A stretch of DNA of 64,000 bases, from positions 128,001 to 192,000 of the IMG/VR virus record IMGVR_UViG_3300037067_004891. One strand, given 5' to 3'. The notes below the pieces were generated by a model. That model made no database searches, was not told the origin of the DNA, and saw nothing but the letters and a program-made list of their open reading frames with translations. Shown here piece after piece: positions 1 through 10,503 of this stretch. The position numbers and the translations under genes were made by a program. The DNA comes from a virus. Its lineage: Duplodnaviria > Caudoviricetes. Each line of letters opens with the position of its first letter. Positions within the stretch are counted from its first letter, which is position 1.

Positions 1-134
1 AATATATGTATTCAAATATATCATAGATTTTATATATTAAAAATTTTAAAGTCTTTTTATTAAAAAATATTTTTTGTTAAAATTTTTATTAAAACTTTTA
101 ATCATTTCAATGATATAAAATATAAAAAATAATT

Positions 135-803
135 ATGAAATATTTATCAATAGATACAGAATTTTCTTCCCTCAATTTAGAAGAATCGCAATTATTAGAA
201 ATAGGAATAATATTGGAAGATACTAATACTAAATTATCATATGAAGCATGTCCAAAATTTCATTGTATCATTAATCATAAAAGTATCACAGGTTCTCCTA
301 CAGCATTGGGAATGAATACTAATATTTTGAAAATATTAGGTGGTTTAGAAAATGCTGATGATAAAGAAACTTATAAGTCATTTCACAACATATTAAATGA
401 TTATGAAGTGACACCCAAATTGTGGGAATTTTTATATTTGAATGGTTATCCCACTTCGAATGTTGATGATTTAATAAATCTTCAATATGTTAAAATGGTT
501 GATGGTAAAATGATACCCGATACCAACCAAAAGAAAATTCCACCTTTTAGATTGGTAATAGCTGGTAAAAATATATTTTCAAAAGATATACCACTTCTCA
601 AAAAATTACCAATGTGGCACAAACTAATGGATATATCACAAAAAACAATAGACCCAGCAATATATTTTATTGATTGGAAGAAAGACACAGATGTTCCAGA
701 TTTAAGTACCTGTAAAGAAAGAGCTAAAATTGAAGGAGAAGTAAAACATAATGCACTTTCTGATGCATGGGATATTATTTCTTTACTTAGAACTCGATAT
801 TAA
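135..803 (+). CDS. DEDDh 3'-5' exonuclease (DnaQ/oligoribonuclease-like)
   Basis: ExoI motif SIDTE, central GKN-x3-D, C-terminal HNALSDA. Confidence 0.85.
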   Translation: MKYLSIDTEFSSLNLEESQLLEIGIILEDTNTKLSYEACPKFHCIINHKSITGSPTALGMNTNILKILGGLENADDKETYKSFHNILNDYEVTPKLWEFLYLNGYPTSNVDDLINLQYVKMVDGKMIPDTNQKKIPPFRLVIAGKNIFSKDIPLLKKLPMWHKLMDISQKTIDPAIYFIDWKKDTDVPDLSTCKERAKIEGEVKHNALSDAWDIISLLRTRY

Positions 804-830
804 AAATATATAAATAAAAAAATATAATAT

Positions 831-2009
831 ATGAGTTTATTTGAAAATTTTGACTTACGTTCTAAAATCAACTTAATCAACGTATCACAAAACAGTAGTG
901 ATAATGAATATTCTTTAATCGCTATGAATTTTAATAGTTTACCAAACTGTTATAACATAATTCATGAAATATATTCAGCCGAGTTTTGGAGATATTTGAA
1001 AGAAAATTACAAAATTAACAATTCAGATGTTCACATATCAACAGATTTTACAGTTGATTTGAAAAATAGAGAGCAAAAAGCACATAAATATCTTATTTAT
1101 TTAAAATCTATTGATGTTTATATATCATTTTATGATGAAGAAAAAAATTTAGATGATAATGATTTTTTAGAATTGGTTGAAGAATCAGAAAAATCTAATA
1201 AAATAACTGCTATGAAAATTTATTATACTGGAATCAATAGTGAATTTGTAACTGATACATTAGTCCCAGCAATAAAAAAAATTATTCATTTTCCAAGTAT
1301 AAAAAACCAATTTTTTATTATTTCAATAAGTTCTACAGGTGGATATGAATTGAGGGGGTCTTACATTAAAAAAATAGATGTTAATTTAGATTTAAATTAT
1401 GGCGAAGGTTTTTCAAAGAAACACAAAAATATAGTAGCAGATATTAAAAAATCTACTACTGGTCTGTATTTATTTCATGGGGATTCTGGTGTAGGTAAAA
1501 CTACATATATTAGACAATTGATTTCAGAATTAAGCGAAGACAAAACCTTTATTTATATTCCATCTTATTTAATGCATGAAATGGCTAATCCTGATTTAAT
1601 TTCATTTATATCACAATTCAAAGAATCTATTTTAATTATGGAAGATGCTGAAAGCATATTAACTAATAGTATGGTGGATAGAACACAAGCAGTTTCTAAT
1701 ATATTAAACATGAGCGATGGACTACTCAATGATGCTATTAATATTCAAATAATTGCAACATTTAATGTTGAAAAGAAAATCATTGATAAAGCATTAACAA
1801 GAAAAGGTAGATTAAGAGTAAATCATATGTTTAGAAAAATGACAGCTAAAGAAGCGAATTTGATAGCTGAAAAAAATAAATTAAATAGAATATTTAAAGA
1901 AGATGTTTCTCTTGCAGAAATATTTAATTCAGAATCAACCGATTTAGTGGATGCTAATGAATTATCTAAAAGTCAATCAGACCCAATTGGATTTAAGAAT
2001 ATAAAATAA
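831..2009 (+). CDS. AAA+ ATPase
   Basis: Walker A GDSGVGKTT, Walker B LIMEDAE, LNMSDG, IATFN, DKALTRKGR arginine finger. Confidence 0.9.
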   Translation: MSLFENFDLRSKINLINVSQNSSDNEYSLIAMNFNSLPNCYNIIHEIYSAEFWRYLKENYKINNSDVHISTDFTVDLKNREQKAHKYLIYLKSIDVYISFYDEEKNLDDNDFLELVEESEKSNKITAMKIYYTGINSEFVTDTLVPAIKKIIHFPSIKNQFFIISISSTGGYELRGSYIKKIDVNLDLNYGEGFSKKHKNIVADIKKSTTGLYLFHGDSGVGKTTYIRQLISELSEDKTFIYIPSYLMHEMANPDLISFISQFKESILIMEDAESILTNSMVDRTQAVSNILNMSDGLLNDAINIQIIATFNVEKKIIDKALTRKGRLRVNHMFRKMTAKEANLIAEKNKLNRIFKEDVSLAEIFNSESTDLVDANELSKSQSDPIGFKNIK

Positions 2010-2012
2010 CAA

Positions 2013-2873
2013 ATGGAAAATAAACAACATATAATAAATGTTATATTATCTGTTTTTAATAATCAAGATAGTACTATTAAGATTAACCAATATACGTGGG
2101 TTAATATACGTAATGAATTATTAGCCCACATAAAAATTCCACCTCAACAAATTGTGGAATATAAAGAATCCCGAAAAACAAAATACTTTGACTTCATTTA
2201 TGATAAATTTTTACAGACCATATCTAATATGGAAGTTGTGAATGATAAAAAAAATGTTATTTACTTAAATAAGGTTTATGAGAATAGAATAGTGAACTCT
2301 AATAAAATGGATATTGATTTATTATATCCAAACATATTAAATTCTTTTTGGTTAAACGATAAAATCATTTTTGACGATGAATGTTTTGGTATTATAATAC
2401 ACAATATATTGGAGCATATTGATTATTTACAGAAGTCAGATAACTATAAATTAATCAAAGATTTTGTAAACTATCTATTTGTTCTTTATTATAATAAGAA
2501 AATTAATATATACCAATGTGGCTTTAATGGTCTTAACGTATTAAATCTTTATAATCAATATATTTATAAAGCTTTAATAGAATATTTCGGTGATTTTTTA
2601 GTCTTTTATAAGACAGATTGCCTAATATTTGCAAATGTTAAAAAAAGAGAATTTGAACCAGTTAGTATTGAAAAATATTTTGAAACAAATATAGGTAGTT
2701 TTTTCAAGTTCAATATAGATATGAATATTGATGTTTTATTTGTAGATGAAAATAGATATATGATAATAGACAATGGTAACGTTTCTTATAAAGGATTTAG
2801 GCGAATAAACATCTCAGATGAAAAGAGTATAAAGAATTTGTCTCGAATGGCTAAAATTAAAAACATATTATAA
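2013..2873 (+). CDS. Hypothetical protein with degenerate family-B polymerase palm-like motifs
   Basis: DIDLLYPNI resembles DxxSLYPxI and YKTDCLIF resembles YxDTDS; only 286 aa. Confidence 0.35.
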   Translation: MENKQHIINVILSVFNNQDSTIKINQYTWVNIRNELLAHIKIPPQQIVEYKESRKTKYFDFIYDKFLQTISNMEVVNDKKNVIYLNKVYENRIVNSNKMDIDLLYPNILNSFWLNDKIIFDDECFGIIIHNILEHIDYLQKSDNYKLIKDFVNYLFVLYYNKKINIYQCGFNGLNVLNLYNQYIYKALIEYFGDFLVFYKTDCLIFANVKKREFEPVSIEKYFETNIGSFFKFNIDMNIDVLFVDENRYMIIDNGNVSYKGFRRINISDEKSIKNLSRMAKIKNIL

Positions 2874-2889
2874 AAAATAAAATTATAAA

Positions 2890-4011
2890 ATGTCAACAAA
2901 AAAGGGATTTTTATCACACGATGAATTTTTAAGACTTGAAAAAAATACACTGCGTCAGAGTTACGGTGAGAGATTCGGGGCTGCTCAAAAATTGTTGTAT
3001 TATTTTTCATGGTTTGGTAATAGTATATCCGTGTTTTTAGCTTACTTTTTTGTACGTGAGTTGTTCATGGGTATTGTTACGGCTGGAAGTGGAATGTTAT
3101 TAATGAGTTTTTTAGTTGTTGTATTTCTATCTTTTTTTGAATTATTAAAAAGATATATATTCAGACAGTTTTCAATTGATTTAATTCAATCACGAACTGA
3201 TGATGAGAAAAGAACAAGTTCTATATTAGTAATTGGAGTATTTGCTGTAATTATTATTTCTTTTTATTTATCACTAAATGGGGCGCAAGAATTTATAAAT
3301 AGAGAAAAAATCGTGACAACACAAACCGAAGTTGTTGTCAACAATAAGGCTGACTCTATTAATGCTTATTATATGACAACTTATATTAATGCACTTCAGG
3401 AAGAAAATAAGAAATTGACTGACCAGAATAATCAATATACTGAAATTTCCAAGGAGAAATACGCTAAAATGTATGGTGATCTTATAAAACAAAATAATCA
3501 AAAAATTGATAAAAACTTAGAGAATATTCGATATTACGAAGATCAACGAGATGACAAAATAGCGAGTATCACACAATCTGAACAAATCAAATTGAATTCA
3601 TTTAAATCTAAAAATAAATACAATGTTTTAGTCTTTATTCTTATATCATTTATTATTGAATCTATTATTTTAATTGGTATATATTTTACACAATTTTTCA
3701 ATTATAAAATTTTGGATGAATATCGAAAATCAGTCATGGATACTCCCACTTTTAAGAAGTGGATGATGTATGATAAAATGATGGATATATTTTTCGAAGG
3801 ATTGGATATCAATGACGAACTTCCAACAGCAGCAGCCATTCAAGAAATAGCAAAACTAAGTGACCTTAAATCTTCAACTTATGATTTAGAACGGTTTTTT
3901 AAAATGGCTACTTACCTAAAATTTATTGAGCGTAGAGGAAATAAACGTTTATTATCAATGAACCTTGATACAGCTAAAAAAACATTGAAAGCTTATTATA
4001 AAATAAAATAA
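2890..4011 (+). CDS. Multi-pass membrane protein with coiled coil
   Basis: About 4 hydrophobic segments flanking a charged coiled-coil region. Confidence 0.6.
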   Translation: MSTKKGFLSHDEFLRLEKNTLRQSYGERFGAAQKLLYYFSWFGNSISVFLAYFFVRELFMGIVTAGSGMLLMSFLVVVFLSFFELLKRYIFRQFSIDLIQSRTDDEKRTSSILVIGVFAVIIISFYLSLNGAQEFINREKIVTTQTEVVVNNKADSINAYYMTTYINALQEENKKLTDQNNQYTEISKEKYAKMYGDLIKQNNQKIDKNLENIRYYEDQRDDKIASITQSEQIKLNSFKSKNKYNVLVFILISFIIESIILIGIYFTQFFNYKILDEYRKSVMDTPTFKKWMMYDKMMDIFFEGLDINDELPTAAAIQEIAKLSDLKSSTYDLERFFKMATYLKFIERRGNKRLLSMNLDTAKKTLKAYYKIK

Positions 4012-4015
4012 AACA

Positions 4016-4612
4016 ATGAAAAAATCAGAATTTACAAAAATTATTGAAAAATGGACACCAGTAATTGAAAAATTGGAAATTGACCCAGTAATAAATATTG
4101 ACAAACTATCTAAAAATGAAAAGCTATGTCTATATGCACACATTCATTTTTTATTAGAAAATTCTTCAATAGAAAATGATTATATGTATACAGGTAATGA
4201 TTTACACATTTTAAGACCACCATTCAACATAACAACAAACAAAATTTTATCGAATCAGTCTACACTTGCAATGTCTTTAAAAATTCTTAAAAAAATAGAA
4301 AAATGGGATAATATAATCATAGTAGAATCACCATATAATGATTATAAAAATTATAAAATAACAGTTAAAAATATAGAATTTACGAAGGATGTTTCTGAGT
4401 TATTAACAGAAGATGAAATATCGTTAGATGATATAAGTCAAATTGAAAATATTATCATTACAACTATGAATGAATATTTTGATAAAATAATTGAAGAAAA
4501 CATAGATAAAAAAATATTTATTTATATTGTTGTTCAATCAATATCAATTATGAAAACTGGTGAAAGTAAAATATTACTTTGGAGAAGTAAATTATCAATC
4601 AATTTAATTTAA
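4016..4612 (+). CDS. Hypothetical protein
   Basis: 198-aa ORF, co-oriented and tightly packed with the upstream genes. Confidence 0.6.
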   Translation: MKKSEFTKIIEKWTPVIEKLEIDPVINIDKLSKNEKLCLYAHIHFLLENSSIENDYMYTGNDLHILRPPFNITTNKILSNQSTLAMSLKILKKIEKWDNIIIVESPYNDYKNYKITVKNIEFTKDVSELLTEDEISLDDISQIENIIITTMNEYFDKIIEENIDKKIFIYIVVQSISIMKTGESKILLWRSKLSINLI

Positions 4613-4631
4613 AAATATATGTTTTTATCAT

Positions 4632-4661
4632 AAAAAAAAGAGGTTTTAAAGCCTCTTTTTT
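4632..4661. terminator. Intrinsic terminator (A-tract, hairpin, T-tract)
   Basis: AAAAAAAAGAGG-TTTTAAAG-CCTCTTTTTT just after the operon end. Confidence 0.7.
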
Positions 4662-4701
4662 GTTTTAAGTAAATTTATATATAAAATAAAAATATAAAGC
4701 G

Positions 4702-4821
4702 ATGAGTGAAATAATTGTATGTAATCAATGTGGTGAAGTTTTATACCTGTCAGAAAATGCCGATTGTATTGTTTGTAATATATGTAATAATGTTATAGTT
4801 AATATAAATAAAAATAATTAA
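4702..4821 (+). CDS. 39-aa zinc-ribbon peptide (not in ORF track)
   Basis: MSEIIVCNQCGEVLYLSENADCIVCNICNNV..., two CxxC motifs. Confidence 0.55.
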   Translation: MSEIIVCNQCGEVLYLSENADCIVCNICNNVIVNINKNN

Positions 4822-4826
4822 TGTGA

Positions 4827-5765
4827 ATGATATTATCTAAAAATGTTAATATAAAAGTCAATGGGAAAATGGTTAAATATTATAACGATAAAGGTTATAA
4901 TATTTTATCTAATAAGTTCAATATAATAAAAATCGAAGATTTATCTCAATCATCACACGCTTTAATAGAAGTTAAATGTGATATGTGTGAAAAAATAAAA
5001 CATATGCCATATAGAGAATATTTTGAATGTTTAAAAAGTTATAATATATATTATTGTAAACCATGTTCTCATGTTAAAGAAAAAAACACATGTTTAGAAA
5101 GGTATGGTGTAAAATTTCCGCTTAAAGATGATATTAAAGTGAAAGAAAAAAGTGATAATACTATGTTAGAAAGGTATGGTGTTAAAAATATATTTGAGTT
5201 AAAAAGTACACAAGATAAAATAAGACAAACAAATTTAGAAAAGTACGGATTTGAATATACAGCATTTAATATTCAGATTCAGGAAAAAACAAAACAAACC
5301 TGTTTAAAAAAATATGGAACTGAATATCCATTACAAAATAAAGAAATTATAGAAAAAAGTAAAAAAAGTTGTATAGAAAGATATGGAGTTGATAATATAC
5401 TTAAATGTAAAGATATTCAACAAAAAATAAAAAACACTTTAGTATCAAAAGGTTTGATAATTTCAACTACTGATTTTGAGTTATATAAAAATGATGTAAG
5501 ACGAATAACCAGAATGAATTCGGAAGAACTTTTTAATAATTGGAATGGATTAGACTATTATACTGATGAATGTATAAAAGAAAATTTTTCTTTAAATTCA
5601 AATTCTAAAAATTACCCAACAATTGACCACAGATTTTCTATTGTATATGGATTTAATAATAAAATTGATGCGAATATAATCGGTAGTATAGATAACTTAT
5701 GTATAACAACCAGAAGTAATAATTCAAAAAAGAGTTCGAAAATAGAAAAAGATTTTAAAAATTAA
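4827..5765 (+). CDS. Putative homing endonuclease (T-x-L-E-R-Y-G repeats plus C-terminal HNH-like domain)
   Basis: CxxC pairs, five (T/S)(C/M/N)(L/I)(E/K)(R/K)YG repeats, TIDH...NLCITTRSNNSKK. Confidence 0.65.
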   Translation: MILSKNVNIKVNGKMVKYYNDKGYNILSNKFNIIKIEDLSQSSHALIEVKCDMCEKIKHMPYREYFECLKSYNIYYCKPCSHVKEKNTCLERYGVKFPLKDDIKVKEKSDNTMLERYGVKNIFELKSTQDKIRQTNLEKYGFEYTAFNIQIQEKTKQTCLKKYGTEYPLQNKEIIEKSKKSCIERYGVDNILKCKDIQQKIKNTLVSKGLIISTTDFELYKNDVRRITRMNSEELFNNWNGLDYYTDECIKENFSLNSNSKNYPTIDHRFSIVYGFNNKIDANIIGSIDNLCITTRSNNSKKSSKIEKDFKN

Positions 5766-5775
5766 TAAAATAAAT

Positions 5776-6753
5776 ATGAAAAAACGTGCGTTAGTTGTTT
5801 CGGGGGGTGGTAGTCGTGGAGCATTTGGTGGAGGCTTGGTTGAAAATCTAATAAAATTGAAAAATAAAGAATGGGATATTTTCATTGGAACTTCGACTGG
5901 GAGTTTATTAGTTCCATTAATATCTATTAAAGAAATTGATAAATTAAAAGAAAAATATACCAGTGTTACAAATAAAGATATTTTTAATATTAGACCATTC
6001 AAACAAAACGGTAAAGTTAAAATCTGTAATCTTTTAATGCGAGTAATTACAGGGAAAACTTCTATTGGTCAAGGTAAGAATTTAAGAAAAAATATAGAAC
6101 ACATTTTTACTAAGAAAGATTTTAATAAATCAATTGAGTTGGGTAAAGAAATTAATATAACAGTTGGAAATATTACCACAGCTAATTCTGAATATAAATC
6201 ACAAAATGAATGTAAATATGAAGACTTTTGTGATTGGATGTTGGCTTCTTGTTCAGTACCGATTGCATTTGAAGTTATTAAGAAAGATGAATATGAATAT
6301 TTAGATGGTGGTATATATGATAATGTTCCGATTCAACGAGCCATAGATTTGGGTGCTGAAGAAATAGATGTCATTATTTTATCTGAAAAAAATAAAGATA
6401 TGTCTAAATGGAAATCTAAAAACATTTTCAATGTTATGTTTAGAATATTGGATATATTATCACTTGGAGTTACACGAAATGATATACAATTGGGAAAATT
6501 AGAAGGGGAACTTAAAAATATAAACATAAATTACTATTATCTCCCAGATAATTTTGATGTTGGAGCTGGAACAGTGGTATTTGATCCAGTTGTAATGAAA
6601 AAATGGTGGACGATGGGGTATAATTTTGATTTAAATAAAGATGGGAATAAGAAAACCTTATATGATTTAAACAAAGAAAATATCGTTATTAAATATAATT
6701 TGAAGAAATCTGATAATGGTGGTTATATAGTAAGAAAAAAATGGAGTAAATAA
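5776..6753 (+). CDS. Patatin-like phospholipase
   Basis: GGGSRG glycine loop, GTSTG nucleophile elbow, DGG. Confidence 0.93.
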   Translation: MKKRALVVSGGGSRGAFGGGLVENLIKLKNKEWDIFIGTSTGSLLVPLISIKEIDKLKEKYTSVTNKDIFNIRPFKQNGKVKICNLLMRVITGKTSIGQGKNLRKNIEHIFTKKDFNKSIELGKEINITVGNITTANSEYKSQNECKYEDFCDWMLASCSVPIAFEVIKKDEYEYLDGGIYDNVPIQRAIDLGAEEIDVIILSEKNKDMSKWKSKNIFNVMFRILDILSLGVTRNDIQLGKLEGELKNININYYYLPDNFDVGAGTVVFDPVVMKKWWTMGYNFDLNKDGNKKTLYDLNKENIVIKYNLKKSDNGGYIVRKKWSK

Positions 6754-7424
6754 TGTTAATAAAAAATTTTTTACAATTTATATTTGAGAAAGTTGATATT
6801 ATCACTCCTATAATAGCATATCATGGTAGTCGAGTTAAATTTGATACATTTTCTGAATATTATATGGGTCAAACTGATGCTGGTTATTATGGTCGTGGTT
6901 TCTATTTCACAAATGATAAAGAATACGCAAGTGAATTTTGTGGATATTTATACGAAGTAAAATTAAATATTAATAAACCGTTTATATTACCAAATGACAG
7001 TACATCAGATTCGCCTGTCATGTTTGAAGCAAGAGATAAACTGGTTGAAGTATATCCAGAAGCTGAACATCTAAAAACCATAAGAACAATTCCAAGCGGT
7101 TATCATTTAGTTAAAACCGAAGATAATTTGTATTGTGTTTATCCCAACGAAGAATTATATAATACAGATGCTGAAATATATGGAGAAGATGGTAGAACAG
7201 AATTAGAAGCTATTATAATATTTAATGATATATTAAATGGCGTTGATTGGGAATTAGGATGGGTTACCAGTATACTTAAAAATCTTGGTAGAGATGAATT
7301 TACAGACCGATTAAACAAACTCGGTTACGATATTTTAATTATTGAGGATAATAAACATGACACACTTGAATATGTTATGTGGGACAAATCTAAAATAAAA
7401 ATATTAAATATTTTAGAAAATTAA
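6753..7424 (+). CDS. ADP-ribosyltransferase-like protein
   Basis: AYHGS...F..F...YYGRGFYFT...YA and a C-terminal EYV strand. Confidence 0.6.
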   Translation: MLIKNFLQFIFEKVDIITPIIAYHGSRVKFDTFSEYYMGQTDAGYYGRGFYFTNDKEYASEFCGYLYEVKLNINKPFILPNDSTSDSPVMFEARDKLVEVYPEAEHLKTIRTIPSGYHLVKTEDNLYCVYPNEELYNTDAEIYGEDGRTELEAIIIFNDILNGVDWELGWVTSILKNLGRDEFTDRLNKLGYDILIIEDNKHDTLEYVMWDKSKIKILNILEN

Positions 7425-7447
7425 TATATACAAAAAAACATATAATA

Positions 7448-7732
7448 ATGTCAAAAATAGTTAAAACGTTTGAATCATTTATTAATGAAGAAAAATGGGT
7501 AGCAGATGTTGAACCTAAGAAAGGTAAAATGCATAAACTCCTTAATATACCAGAAGAAAAAAAAGTAAGTGATGTCTATACATCTGGTAAAAAAATAGCA
7601 CAAGATTTACTTGATGCAACTGGTGATAGAAAAGAAGCTACGAGTATGTTAGCCTTCGCAGCTAATACGAACAAAGAAGATGACATTTTCGATAAGGCTT
7701 TGAAAATCATAAAAAATTTAGAAGAAGAATAG
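7448..7732 (+). CDS. Small putative virion protein
   Basis: N-terminal KTFESFINE motif; TAATATATA upstream. Confidence 0.5.
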   Translation: MSKIVKTFESFINEEKWVADVEPKKGKMHKLLNIPEEKKVSDVYTSGKKIAQDLLDATGDRKEATSMLAFAANTNKEDDIFDKALKIIKNLEEE

Positions 7733-7779
7733 ACAACTAAAAACATTTTTTGAACTATAATATCATAAAAATGATATAA

Positions 7780-7953
7780 ATGTTTTCAAAAGAATATACA
7801 CGTCCATATTCAAACTGTAAAGGTTATAAGTATTGGACATCATTTGGATATGAATATGGTTGTGAATACAATACTATATTATCCTGTGATGAATGTAAAT
7901 ATTGTGGTGGTAAAAAAAACCCTAATGCTAAATGTAATCAAGTCCATGAATAA
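7780..7953 (+). CDS. 57-aa Cys-rich protein (not in ORF track)
   Basis: MFSKEYTRPYSNCKGY...CDECKYC...; its stop overlaps the ATG at 7946. Confidence 0.5.
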   Translation: MFSKEYTRPYSNCKGYKYWTSFGYEYGCEYNTILSCDECKYCGGKKNPNAKCNQVHE

Positions 7954-8584
7954 TGATTTTATTTTAGAATACAAATTAAATGATAAATATAAATTTTATA
8001 ATATTATAATATTTGATCCAGAATCATGTAAAATTTTGTTTGATAATAATGATAAATACTTGTTTTCATTAAACGATATTAATCAATATACTATCATCAG
8101 AAATTATAATTTTGGGATTGAAATTAAATATTATAAAAAAGATTTATCACAATGTTTTTTCAAAGGTGTTTATCAACCATTTGTTGCAACGAATTTAAAT
8201 TATTCAAATGCATTTTTTACATATCAAAACCCTGTATTGTATATTCCTTCTTCTATTGTTGATTTTCAACAGTTAGAAAATACTATAGAAAATGATGAAG
8301 ATGATTTAAATTATAAAATATTGAACAACATAAAGATGTCTTTTTATATTAATGATGATGAAGAAAAAACTACCCACACAATTAAAAATAGATTATCAAA
8401 TAATATCTTAACTGAAAGTGGTGAGCATGTTAAGAAAATCAGTGAATATCTCCAAAAAAAATATCAAATATATACTAATTCTAAAGTTATTTACAATTTA
8501 CTTCGTTCATTAAGTGATGAGGAAATTTCCAAAGACATTGCAGTTCTTACCAGAGATATTAAATTAAAAGAAATTTTAAAATAA
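7946..8584 (+). CDS. Hypothetical protein (start revised from 7844 to 7946)
   Basis: ATG overlaps the end of the upstream ORF; C-terminal RDIKLKEIL tag. Confidence 0.55.
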   Translation: MNNDFILEYKLNDKYKFYNIIIFDPESCKILFDNNDKYLFSLNDINQYTIIRNYNFGIEIKYYKKDLSQCFFKGVYQPFVATNLNYSNAFFTYQNPVLYIPSSIVDFQQLENTIENDEDDLNYKILNNIKMSFYINDDEEKTTHTIKNRLSNNILTESGEHVKKISEYLQKKYQIYTNSKVIYNLLRSLSDEEISKDIAVLTRDIKLKEILK

Positions 8585-8633
8585 TTATTTTATATTTTAT
8601 TTTAAAATATATTTGTATAATATATTTTATTCT

Positions 8634-9158
8634 ATGAGTAAAAACGCAACTAAATTAAGAAAAGAAATTGTTCAACATATTATTAGTTTATCTATATATG
8701 TGATTATTTGTATATTATTATATAAAAATCACATAATAATAACAATTTTTTCTGTTTTATCATTTATTCAAATATTTAATATTTTTATAAAAATTTTCGA
8801 TTATATTCTCGCCAAGAAATTGGAACGTGCAAAAAATCAAAGTCAAGCATTCTATGATAATTTTCGAAAATATTTTAAACAAATATATGAACAAGCATAC
8901 AAAAGGACTTATCAACATCAATATCAATTTACTTATTCTAAGAAACAATCTGAAATAACAAACTCGTATAAATTATTCAAACTTGAACCATCTTGTACAG
9001 TAGAAGATATCAAAAAAACATATCGTAAGTTAGCATCAATTTGGCATCCTGATAAATTCATTAATGAAACCCAAGAAAATCAGGAAATATCTAAAAGAAA
9101 TATTCAAAAGTTAAATGCTGCTTATGAAGTGTTTAAAAAAAATCGCAATTTTAATTAA
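8634..9158 (+). CDS. Membrane-anchored J-domain (DnaJ-type) protein
   Basis: Two N-terminal TM segments; IKKTYRKLASIWHPDK...LNAAYEV; TATATTTG box at 8608-8615. Confidence 0.88.
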   Translation: MSKNATKLRKEIVQHIISLSIYVIICILLYKNHIIITIFSVLSFIQIFNIFIKIFDYILAKKLERAKNQSQAFYDNFRKYFKQIYEQAYKRTYQHQYQFTYSKKQSEITNSYKLFKLEPSCTVEDIKKTYRKLASIWHPDKFINETQENQEISKRNIQKLNAAYEVFKKNRNFN

Positions 9159-9233
9159 AAAATCAACCCCCTTTCGAAGGTTGACCTTTAATAAACCAAA
9201 ATATACAATATACATTACAAATATAAAAATAAT

Positions 9234-9698
9234 TTATAAATATTTCACGTAATCAGGAACTAAATTTGGAAAAGGTATCTCAATTAATGGAGATTCTTTA
9301 TAAATAGTTGAATCATATTTTTTTAGCATTTTCCAAGGTAATATATTCGATTGTTGATCCCAAGCTTTTTCAAATTCAACTGAATTGTGATTTTCCTTTT
9401 TATATTTTCTTGCATAAATAGCAATAATATTATCTTTTATGATTTCTATTTTTTGAATTATACTATATTTTTCGAATCCCTTTAAAATATGATAGTATAT
9501 AATAGATTCAACATAATTAGATGGATTTTTTATCCAATCATAACCAAGAATCATTCCATTTGTGTATTCAATTATAACATCACTCCCACCAGGTATATGC
9601 GAAAGTTCATTGACTCGATAATATCGGGTTACCCATTTTACAAAATTTTTGATGTTTTCAGGTATACCAATATAAATCATTTGTATTTTCTTATCCAT
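9234..9698 (-). CDS. Hypothetical protein
   Basis: 154-aa ORF directly downstream of the tRNA. Confidence 0.55.
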   Translation of the reverse strand: MDKKIQMIYIGIPENIKNFVKWVTRYYRVNELSHIPGGSDVIIEYTNGMILGYDWIKNPSNYVESIIYYHILKGFEKYSIIQKIEIIKDNIIAIYARKYKKENHNSVEFEKAWDQQSNILPWKMLKKYDSTIYKESPLIEIPFPNLVPDYVKYL

Positions 9699-9711
9699 GT
9701 TTCTAAAATAG

Positions 9712-9784
9712 TGCGCCCAGATGGACTTGAACCACCGACCTCAACATTATGAGTGTTTTGCTCTACCAACTGAGCTATGGGCGC
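9712..9784 (-). tRNA. tRNA with CAT anticodon (elongator Met or lysidine Ile2), CCA not encoded
   Basis: Minus strand GCGCCCA-TAGCTCAGTTGGTAGAGC-AAAACA-CTCATAA-TGTTG-AGGTC-GGTGG-TTCAAGT-CCATC-TGGGCGC-A folds into a cloverleaf. Confidence 0.93.
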
Positions 9785-9794
9785 AATTCAAGAA

Positions 9795-9802
9795 CAAATA
9801 TA
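9795..9802 (-). promoter_or_regulatory. Bacteroidota-type -7 promoter element (TAnnTTTG) for the tRNA
   Basis: TATATTTG on the minus strand, 10 nt upstream of the tRNA 5' end. Confidence 0.65.
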
Positions 9803-9834
9803 ATAAATAAATTAATATTAACTAATAGAATTTT

Positions 9835-10239
9835 TTATTTTTTAAGAATTTTTGCTCCGTTATTCACTAAATTTTCTATTATATAAAAACCTGACAAACA
9901 ATCTTTATGATATATAACAATAATCAAAGAATCAGTACTATTCATCATAATAGTTTTTATTTGATATGGATATGTTATAAATAATTTAAATGATAAATTA
10001 TTCATGGTTGATGAATCTAAATTAGAAACCTTTATAAATACTCTTGTAAAATTTTTGTTTTCTACATCAAAGTTTAGATCAAAACAATTTGATGGGAAAT
10101 TTTCTTTATATTTAGTTGTGTCAAAAACTTGGTAAAAATTTGTAGAGTCAATTGTTGTTATTTCAACTTGTGTATCATTAATAAGATCACATGATATTAT
10201 AAGCGATATTATAAATACAAAAATAATAAATTTTCTCAT
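9835..10239 (-). CDS. Putative lipoprotein
   Basis: Signal peptide ending LIISC. Confidence 0.55.
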   Translation of the reverse strand: MRKFIIFVFIISLIISCDLINDTQVEITTIDSTNFYQVFDTTKYKENFPSNCFDLNFDVENKNFTRVFIKVSNLDSSTMNNLSFKLFITYPYQIKTIMMNSTDSLIIVIYHKDCLSGFYIIENLVNNGAKILKK

Positions 10240-10258
10240 AATTTTAAATATATTTTAA

Positions 10259-10456
10259 CTATTCGTCATCCAAATTATCTATAATCGGTTTCTGGTGTTT
10301 ATTTTTCCTTTTGAAATCTTTTAGTGATGTATGTGCTTTATGCACACTTTTCCATCCAGTAGAGTCTTCCAATTCGGCTTCACGAGAACCCTTTCTATTA
10401 GCTTTTATATAATCTTCGAAGCTAAAAGTTTTTTTATTTTTTGATTTTTTTGACAT
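10259..10456 (-). CDS. Small basic protein
   Basis: 65-aa Lys/Arg-rich ORF. Confidence 0.55.
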   Translation of the reverse strand: MSKKSKNKKTFSFEDYIKANRKGSREAELEDSTGWKSVHKAHTSLKDFKRKNKHQKPIIDNLDDE

Positions 10457-10503
10457 TTTTTATTATTTTCTATATTTTAAATAAAAATTTATTTTCATTT
10501 TTG

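Noticed and set aside
4016-4612. Major capsid protein
   Set aside because: Only the N-terminal IIEKWTPV resembles gp23-type N-termini; 198 aa is far too short.
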